From NCBI GenBank assembly GCA_002811645.1, contig PDIP01000067.1, positions 116,550 to 180,549 on the forward strand: a stretch of 64,000 nt of DNA, read 5' to 3'. Shown piece after piece: positions 54,988-64,000 of the stretch (positions are counted from its first letter, which is position 1; the number at the start of each line of letters is the position of its first letter). The DNA comes from Corallochytrium limacisporum Hawaii. Taxonomy: Eukaryota > Protista > Pluriformea. The notes beneath the pieces are model-generated. The model did not search any database. It was not told where the DNA came from and was given only the letters and a program-made list of their open reading frames with translations. The position numbers were made by a program, and so were the translations under genes.

Positions 54988-57900
54988 TTTGGCAATGTCG
55001 GATCTGTTTGGGTCTGAGTGGACTTATCTATGTTTTCATTTTGTCATGTTGTAATCATATGATATTCTGCTTGTATGAAAGCGCAACAACAACATTGTAA
55101 GGAAAATTTTCCGAATTGTTCAAGTACCTGAGCATCTTATGCACCCCAATGAATGCGATAGCCAAGCACAAGACCTAGAAATCATAATGTTTTGCCCTAA
55201 ACTCTCGACACGAACAACCGTGCAGTCTGGCTTTTTCTTCGGTTGTGCGTCCAGCGACGTATGTTGATAGACGGCGCCCCCCCCCTTCGTCTGTGTGTTA
55301 CGAACGAAGGCCCCGCCTGGCAACTTCGCGCCCCATCAGCCAGAAGATGCTGCGTGTGATACGGTACATCCCACTGCAATCTCCACCTGTTCCGGTTACA
55401 GGCTGCATAGATCATGGTAGGACCATATTGAAGTCTAACCGACGACAGTGAAACTGATGTCACGGTTGTGATGTGTACTGCTTGTCCCGGTGTCGCTACA
55501 ACAAAGATGAGATTTGCACCGTTCGCCCGTCACCAATGCCCAGCCCCTTTCACTCCAGCAGATCGGTGATTCAACTTTACCCCTCACGGTGCCTTGATTT
55601 CAATCTCTGGCATCTGCTTTTGGACACTGTATTACGAAGCCCATCCATTTCCTGAATTCATGCAGATGCGGCGTTCAAAACGACGGATGTTCGGCTCCAC
55701 TCGCACGCAAACCACCAAGACTGCGCCATATTTCGGTGCGCTGGGAGGGCCCCCACCCCCGGTCGGCCCGAAATATTACCCTATTCTGCTTGCTCTGCTG
55801 TTCCTCGGACCCAATGACCGGGAGTCTATTTTTTGTCCAGTCGCACCCAATTTGCTCCTTCCGTTTCAGCGTCATACAAAAAACTGAGATCGTTCATGCT
55901 GCTCGGGGTCTCCTCCCAACTCTCCCCCCCCTTCCCCGGGGGGCCCACCTCCCGGGGCCCCAACCCGGCCAAACCCCTCCCTCCCCCTCTCGGGCCCGCC
56001 GGCCATCTTCAAACCGGTCGCTGAAGGGGCTCCCGGAGAGGGCGGGCGGGCGGGGAACAAACGAAAAAAAAACTTGCCGCGTTAAAGAGGGGGATCGATG
56101 AAAAGGAGAAAAAAGAAAAAGGGGAAAGTCCGAAAGGCGGGGAGGGGGAGTCTTGTGAATAGAGTCTTGCGTTGATCCAGCGAAGCGAGAAAGGGATTTG
56201 GTGAGCAAATGATTTGAGCGCAACATCGCTTGGTGTGGATGACATGCCTGAAGAAAAAACTTTCCTGTGCTAACTCAAACCCCAAGATTGAGAAAAAATT
56301 CTTAGTATATTTAATATGGGAAATGTGGGATCTATGCAAAGGAGCAAGCTTAAATATTCCCAATGGCTGACGCACAGTGGCTCAGCTGGCGGTTTGTATT
56401 GGTCCCGATTGAAGTCGAGCCATCATCATCTCTACATGCCATGCGGTGGAGTTCCCTTGTGATGTTTAGCTCTTCCGATAGCATTGGCAGACTTGGGATC
56501 CTGCCAATTCTTATGCACCAAAGCACATTACGCTCAAATATGCCCGCATGATCATCAAGGCATTCCCGATTGCGATGGGTGTGTGCGCTTCTGTTCCTGT
56601 GTGGTAGGGAGTCACCCAATAAGCAGCATCGAAAGCATGAGCCTGGCCAAGGTCTCCCGCGATGTGGTCGTCATGACTTTATTATGCCTCCTCTAGATGC
56701 CCATAGTTTGTTTGGAAATGCACATCGCCCACGCAAACATCATGTCGGATTCAAGTTTGGAGCAAAGTCGGTGAGCAGGACGTCCGACTCTAGCTCCAAA
56801 ACGGTTGTGGGTGCAAACAAGAGCAATCGGGATCCCGGGCCACTTCGCTACCACCGCGTCACAGAAAGGTCGAGAGTGGCACACTCTAAAATCGACGGTT
56901 CCATGGTTAGGTGGGTGTGCTGAACAAGGAAGTCAATAAGCTTTTCGAAGCTAAGATAAGTCCCGTCGCCATGCTCAATATTTGGCGGTCCCTGACCTTT
57001 GGATACTTGTTTGGCAATATGCCCTGCCGTGGCCACCGCACTGCCTCATCAACACAAGCGTCGCGGATTTGCGCAAATTGCAGTGAACACGCTCCCATGA
57101 GGCACCGATAGTAGTAACATACAACGAGAATGGGACGGTCTGCCATTGTCAACATTACCTGAGCATACCGCATGGCCGTCATCTCGACACAGGTTTCGAG
57201 GATGAGAAGAGAGGCGAAATGTCGGAAGACAGAGACGATCATCCCATTGGCGCGGCACCATCGCGATGGAGCGATCACACCAGTTCTCGTTGCGCACATT
57301 CGCACACAAATCCCAGGTTGGTGGATGCGATGCTCTTATGATATCGGCTCCATGCATGTATTACATTCTCTTTCTTCTTCCATGACAGGAAGACATTGTC
57401 GGATCCCCGGGCACTCTATCCGAAACGGGGTTCACTCGGCGCTTTCGTCTCGCACTTTTGACTCCGGACCGTAATCCCGAACCGCAGAGGAGAAAGCAAG
57501 GTACGCCGGGCAGCCCACTGATTGGCTACACACGGAACCCTGCCATTGCCAACCCGTCCCCCCCCCCTCCCAAAATCCTTCCACAGCAACCGGGAAGGGG
57601 ACAACAACCACCCCGGGAAGTTCTTTGTGGAGGGTCGAGCCAAGGGACAAAGGAATAAAGTACAACCGCCCCTAAGCAAAATACCCCGCCACTGGCCAAG
57701 CGGGGGGGCGAGTTGGTGAGAGTAAGCAAACTCCAGCCAACCGGGGACTCTGCTTTTTTTTTTTCTGGTTCTCGCTTTGTCTTTTTCGGAAAATATAAAT
57801 CACTGTGGCCCGTACGTAACAGCGCGGCAAGTTTTTTTGCCTTGCCGAATAATTTTATTTTTCAGTTTGAAGAGAAAATAGTCACTTTCGCTCCTCCCCG

Positions 57901-58501
57901 CGCTTGCCCCCTCTCTTTCGGAAGTTCGACTCACTTGCCGCTCCCCATCATCGTCTCACGGGGGTGTCGAGCTCCTGCCAAATTTAGAGTAGGTACTGAA
58001 TGTATTACATAACCGCTGCCGTGGCGCGCATATTGTTCGTAAACGTTCCATCCAATCTAACCCAGGGAGCAAGTGTTTCTTACCGTTTCGAAGATCACTT
58101 CGAATTCCGTAACGGTCGCGGGGTTCAATATTGAATGTACTATCAGTCAATGGCCCAATGGCTTCAACGTAACAGAGGTATTGAAAACGAGATCACAACG
58201 TGACTTCTTAAAACCGCAGTTCATCACAATAGTGGACATAGTTTTCCCATAGATAACTCATACCTAAGCAGGAATTTTTTGATGAGACAGCGCTGTACTA
58301 GGATGAGACAACTCCCGGACTGGTGCCATGGGTACAGGATTGGCCCCGAACAACTCCCAATGCGCACTAACTTTATTGTCCATACATTTAACCCTCAATT
58401 TCTTGCACCTGTTGCCGTAGGCGGCAGGTCTTAGGGAACGCCCTCCCATCCCACCGCCCCAGCCCTCTCCCACACCAACCGTGTTCTTCTCTCTCTCTCT
58501 C

Positions 58502-58705
58502 NNNNNNNNNNNNNNNNNNNNNNNNNNNNNNNNNNNNNNNNNNNNNNNNNNNNNNNNNNNNNNNNNNNNNNNNNNNNNNNNNNNNNNNNNNNNNNNNNNN
58601 NNNNNNNNNNNNNNNNNNNNNNNNNNNNNNNNNNNNNNNNNNNNNNNNNNNNNNNNNNNNNNNNNNNNNNNNNNNNNNNNNNNNNNNNNNNNNNNNNNNN
58701 NNNNN
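58502..58705. other. Assembly gap
   Basis: Run of N flanked by CT repeats. Confidence 1.
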
Positions 58706-58838
58706 CTCTCTCCCACCCCCCCCCCACCCTGGGGGCCACTCCGGTTCTCCGTTTTTTTCTTTCCTTTTCCTTTGTACTGTAATTTGTATTTTAATTATGT
58801 GCGGAATGGGAGGGGGCCTGTGGGGGGGTGGGGAAGAG

Positions 58839-58888
58839 GAGAGAGAGAGAGGGAGAGAGAGAGAGAGAGAGGGAGAGAGAGAGAGAGA
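58839..58888 (+). repeat. (GA)n microsatellite near an assembly gap
   Basis: Direct reading; CT tracts also border the gap at 58502-58705. Confidence 0.9.
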
Positions 58889-59763
58889 AAGAACCAGTTT
58901 CGAGGTCGTTAGGACGACCATAGAGTCTGCAAGGGGGTTGGTATTGGGGGAACCGGGGAAAAAAGGGGAGGGGCGGGGACGTTGCCGACGCCGCAAAGGC
59001 AACAACTGATACCATTAACACTAGCATAGCAAGTGTCATCGCATCTAACATGCATCAAACATCGGTTTGAAAAGTACAGAAATATATCGTCGATCGTTTG
59101 TAGCCACTGTATGCTTTGTTTTGCTGGCGAAATACAGACGATGCACGCCAGAATAAGGTATCGTCGTTCGAAGACCAGGCCGGCCTTGGGCTGCCGGGGG
59201 CAATAGGGCATGTACCACTGGTAGTTGCGTGTGCTCAGGTAAACTTGCGATTTGGGGGGAGGAACGTGTGCGTGTGTGTGTGTGTGGGGTGTGAAATTTC
59301 TGCCACTCGCGCGCCCCTTTCCCCCTCTTGCATTTTTTGCGATGAGTTCTTAGTTACTGCCATGTCACCGCAACTGGACGAAAAAGCAGCAAGGAAACTC
59401 CGTCACTGTCACAGAACGGGCCTGTGGGTGGATGAAGAGATTAAATTGATTGGATGCGTGAGGGTGTCATACCACTCAGCGTGGTAAGCCGAGCTTTTCG
59501 ACTCAGAACAAACACGACGAGAGTATACTTCTGTGGGTCATGAGGAAAGGCGAACGATTGTTTTCATTTCGCGGCTATGCTCGTGTGTTCTGTGCGCTTC
59601 GAGTGTGGAAGCTTACGCACGGGTATATGAAGGCCCATGGCAGAGTCCCTACTTGACTTGGGATCCAAGAAGACCATTCGTGTGAGGTCAAGAGAGTTTG
59701 ACTGGTGATTTGATCACTCGTGGGAGACCAATTCGATTGAAGTTAATCAAAAAAGAATCTATA

Positions 59764-60855
59764 ATGAAGTACACCATTGCTGCTGCTGCTCTGGCCGGTC
59801 TGGCGGCTGCCGACTGTCCCAACGAGCTCCTGACTCAGTTCCAGAGTGACACCGATGGTGACATCCTCTCTGGCATCACCGGCCTCAACAGCGCTGTTTC
59901 CGTGAGTACAACCGTCTGCCCTAGCGTTACGAGCGCGTGCATTACTCAGGCTGACTATGATACCGTCGGTACTGCCATCGCCACCGAGCTCACGACCCAG
60001 CGTGATCAAATTGCTTCCATTCAATCCGACTTCGACGGTCTGGACAACCAGATGGACCAGCTTGTAAGCCAACTGAGGTCCGCTGGCGCCAGCAATGATC
60101 AGGTCAATGCCACCGAGACTTTCTTCAACGTATTGGTTGACGCCTTCCGGTCCATGTTTAGCAAAATGCCTGACTGCTATGAGGCCGTCTTCAAGTACTA
60201 CGTCGGTACCATCTGCCTGGCCACTCGCGCAGACTGGAATGACTACGCCACCGTCTCCGCCAACAATGAGGTAACCATTACCTACGACAGCTCCACCTGC
60301 TCGGACCTGCAGACGGGCTGCACTCCTCTGCTGGAGGAAATGCAAACTGCTTTCCAGAGGGTTCAAGACGCCTACCCGGCTTTCGCCGAGGCTTTTGGCC
60401 TTACTGGCGATGACAGTTTCCTTCCCGACGACGTTTTGGACCCCTGCGGCGATGAGAGCTGTGATGACTTCATCTGCGATTCTTTCCTGGCCGGCGCTGT
60501 GGCCGGTGTGGGTGCTGTTCAGGACAGCGACAATGTCAGCGTGCCCACAAGCAAGCGCCGTCGTGAGGCGACAACTGTGGATGAGATTGCCAGTGCCCTC
60601 GCCAATGAGGCCAAGACTTACCACTACATCGCCAAGGTACAGCCCGGTGCCTTGCAGAACTACGCCGCCAAGCTCCACGCGCGCTCCAAGAGCCGTCGTT
60701 CCTCGACGAACACCTTCTCTTCTGGTGGTTACGCTGCTACCACCGAAGGCGGAAACTCCTCCGTGGATACTACTCCTCCGGACGCCGCGGGTGGTCTGCT
60801 GCCTGACTTGATCACTGCCACTGCTATGGCCATTGCTGGTGTTTTGCTGTTCTAA
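59764..60855 (+). CDS. Secreted Cys-rich protein, probably GPI-anchored, of unknown family
   Basis: Signal peptide MKYTIAAAALAGLAAA, 10 Cys, an S/T/G-rich linker and a hydrophobic C-terminus with no cytosolic tail (LITATAMAIAGVLLF*). Strong C/T third-position bias. Confidence 0.88.
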   Translation: MKYTIAAAALAGLAAADCPNELLTQFQSDTDGDILSGITGLNSAVSVSTTVCPSVTSACITQADYDTVGTAIATELTTQRDQIASIQSDFDGLDNQMDQLVSQLRSAGASNDQVNATETFFNVLVDAFRSMFSKMPDCYEAVFKYYVGTICLATRADWNDYATVSANNEVTITYDSSTCSDLQTGCTPLLEEMQTAFQRVQDAYPAFAEAFGLTGDDSFLPDDVLDPCGDESCDDFICDSFLAGAVAGVGAVQDSDNVSVPTSKRRREATTVDEIASALANEAKTYHYIAKVQPGALQNYAAKLHARSKSRRSSTNTFSSGGYAATTEGGNSSVDTTPPDAAGGLLPDLITATAMAIAGVLLF

Positions 60856-63800
60856 ACCGTGATGAATAAGGGAAGCGTTACGGCAAAAGCCATATACACA
60901 TTTGCTCGACAAGCATCCAATAAACAAGACGGAGATTATATCGTCGCATTGCAACACAAGCTCACAACTCGATTACCTTGTGTTCATCCTAGGAGCCCCT
61001 GTAGGCCTTGCAGCTACTATTGGTTGAGAGTCGTCGCAAACACTGGGTATACACCATGCTTCATCAAAGCAACTCGACAAGGATGTATGTAGTCAGGGGC
61101 TTTGTATTGTTTTTGGGGATGATGGAATGACGGTGCATACGCGGCACAGCACACCCCCATGCACTGCCTCAGTAGTCTAATCCGGGCAGAAAATTCAGGA
61201 AGCGTCAACCGCAGTAGCTGACGACAATTACCGCTCCGTCAAGCACAGTATACACACGACGTAGTATACACTCTGCTGTGCCCATGAGCATCAAGCGACA
61301 TCCAACACGCAAATGCTGCCCCGCGAGCTGCTTTGATATCTCAGCGGAAGTCTTTGGTTGCTGAATCTCATTGCCCTGGTCCTCTTCACCAGTTTAAGAA
61401 ATTAATCATCCTTAAAACGTACATGCGGGAGAATGGTCATGCAATAGCATCACAGTACCCCGTCACAAAGCCCGGTCGGTCGGTTCGATACATGCGCACG
61501 CAGCTCCCGTGACACGCACGCACCGATTCCGTGTGACCCGTGGGTCAGCTGGGGAGGGGGGCGCAACACGGGGTCCACCATTTGCCATAGTGAACACACT
61601 GACGAAAATGAAGATATTCTATTTTTCTTTTTTCTTTGTTACCGTCTCACCGTGGAACCAAGGTCAGGCAAAGGGGGAGTTGGCCCCCGAAGCTTCAAAG
61701 GTGGGCGATGACGGAGGTATACTGAATGAACTCAGAATTTCATCGTTATTTCAGCCGTTTACGTATCTAAGACTTGCCGCTATTTGGCAAGTGATCCGTT
61801 GTCCCCCTTTCCTCTCTCCGGGCGGCACTAAGAGACGGACCGGGAACGATGAAAAGAAGGAAGAAAAATATTAAAAATAAAACTTCCCTGGGAAATTGCG
61901 AGGGTGACGAACTATGGAAACAAAAATGGCGGCTGACTACAACGCGACGGGGGTCGGATTGCGTTGGAAAGATTTTGGGAGGGCGAGTGAAGAATTTTAT
62001 TCAAGTCTCTCCCATCGTTGTCTGGCGCACTCCACCACCACAATAATCAGTTTGATCACAATACATTTACTATATAGTATCCCATTTCATTCAGTGAAGT
62101 ACCCACCGCACGGGCGTCACTGGCCCCGGCGGGTCTCCAATCGGGGAATTAAAAAAGTAGAAATTTCAGCTTACGTCGCGGTGCGGGTAGTAAATGTACG
62201 GCGCGAGGCGCCCCCCCCGCCCCGGAGAGGGGAGGTAGGGGCCTTTGAACCGACCTGTCTCCCCCCCCTCTCTTCCCCTCCTTTTCTCTCCCTGCAAAAA
62301 GCGATGACTAAATGATGAATTCATGGGGCTGCACACCCCCCGAGGGAATGGCCCGAGAGTTGGAATTGATTCTGAGTACCGGTGGTACCTATTGAAACGT
62401 ATGCTTCTTTTTTTCTTTTTTTTTTGATTTGTATTTTCTTTTTGTTCCTTTCTTCCGTGCCTGCGCGAAATAAAGGAGGGTTCTGTGCGCAGCCCCACCA
62501 CCACCACGTCCTTCGTTCGGAAGAATGGCGGGGCACCTAGTTCACGAACTCTTTCCATGCTTAAAAGAATATGATTTTCTCGTTTGTGTGTCCATATGTT
62601 TCCCATAGTCAAGGGACACCAAAGGCAGAAGAGCACGGGCCCGACGGACAGCCTGACCATCGTTTTCTTTTGGGTGTCAACCTCTTTTTTTTTTGTGTTC
62701 CGTCGATCTCCTTTGTTCCATCCTCGATTCGATAGGGAATCAAGAATCAAAGGTTCACTATCCCTACATAGATCAGGATACACGGCTCAGAATCATGTCC
62801 CGGACAATATCGAATGTAGGGAATGTACAGAAATCAGTATGAGCGAGCGAATTCCCCCGGTGTGCCGAAGGAGACCCGCCTTCCCGTGCGAGGGGGGGAG
62901 GGGGGAAATGGGTTCAGGAATTTCTGTTGATAATTCTGCGCAATATATACCCGGTGCTCAACTGCCTGCAATATGTTTGCTATTGGGGACAGTTTTAGAT
63001 TGCAAACAGAGAGGTATCGTGAATGTGTCTTTTTTATCCGGACATTTCCTGCAAGAACACGCACCGATCGCCCGCCAACGAAGGGTGCGTGTGCTTTTGC
63101 GTGTGCATTGTCTCGTAGTGCTGGCAATGCGCATCGATGGAGACTGCATGGTGAACCTCCAGACTCGTCACCAGAACATCCCACACACACACACGCGCGC
63201 GCACGCGTTCAAGGCACAAGGGGATTAGTAGGTGTGCCATCGACACCACATCTATAACTCATGTAGTAGGACTGTTTACCGATGCGAAATACCTTGTTAG
63301 AGATGACGGCGTCCCGTGAGATCGTGTGTGAGGTGAGTTTTCGGAGTGCAAAGCATGGAGAGTCATTCATGGGATTGTAACGTCATTATCAAACACTCTT
63401 TGCCAATTCACTAGTGATCTCTTACATGATGCATGGTTTGAAAATCCCGAAAGATAACCCCTGGAAAGTGGCGAGACAATGGGGGAAGCAGACCAGGACG
63501 GGTGTGCAGGAATCTACGAGCGCAGAAACGGTTCTTATTTTGGCTTTTTATGTCCTTCGCCGGCCGGTGACAACTGTATGTCATTGCATTTTTTCGTGTC
63601 GATGGAAGGAACATGTTGGCACACCGTAGAGTGATGGGGAGCGGAGAAAAGGCGAGAAGACTTGGTGACGGGGTCATACGCGAGTTTGAAAATGGGAACC
63701 ATGATAGTGTGGAAGGAATGTTGAGAACTTTGCTGCGGTTTCGTTCGAAACCTGAAACAGTTGGATGCCACTGTCCTACGTTACGTACTGAGGACCGCTG

Positions 63801-64000
63801 ATGAAATGTGAAGGGAAGGGGAAGAGGAGAGCAAAGATGCAATAAATTCTCATCCGTTTCTCTCTCATCTGTCAACTTCAACTGTAACTGGCAAGCAATC
63901 GCAACCGTGAACATTCACAGCACAACAGAGACAAAGATCCCACTGAATGGGTAGCCCTAATGCAAGGCATTGGAAGTACCTATCCCAGCGTGACACTGAC

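Noticed and set aside
59743-60957. 404-aa antisense ORF over the secreted protein
   Set aside because: Shadow of strong codon bias on the sense gene; no motifs. The same applies to antisense ORFs over RPL21, the myosin light chain, carbonic anhydrase and G6PD.
1-64000. tRNA, rRNA, snRNA, CRISPR, transposase or viral genes
   Set aside because: None recognised by eye. Small ncRNAs could be missed without covariance-model searches.

Overview
This is eukaryotic nuclear DNA, gene-dense and almost intron-free. It holds about 27 protein-coding genes, one clearly broken gene and three N-gaps. The gene content (Max, TMEM160, TMEM163, BRD10/KIAA2026-like, USP25/28-like, myosin light chain, linker histone H1, plus a fungal-style monofunctional OMP decarboxylase) suggests a unicellular opisthokont, probably a holozoan relative of animals. 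An intron-poor lineage such as Corallochytrium would fit, but that is inference. I can place only four introns, all with GTAAGT donors and CTAAC branch points. The strongest novel observation is an 810-bp remnant of the intraflagellar-transport gene IFT81 (27852-28661, minus). It keeps both conserved ends in three reading frames, joined by two frameshifts and a very large internal deletion, which looks like flagellar-gene decay in progress, while PACRGL nearby is intact. Other points of interest are a stand-alone ovothiol (OvoA-type) methyltransferase, a probable GPI-anchored Cys-rich proprotein with paired basic cleavage sites, and RAD51C-like and ASCC1-like proteins with degenerate catalytic motifs. 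I recognised no rRNA, tRNA, CRISPR array or mobile element. All homology calls come from remembered family motifs, not database searches.
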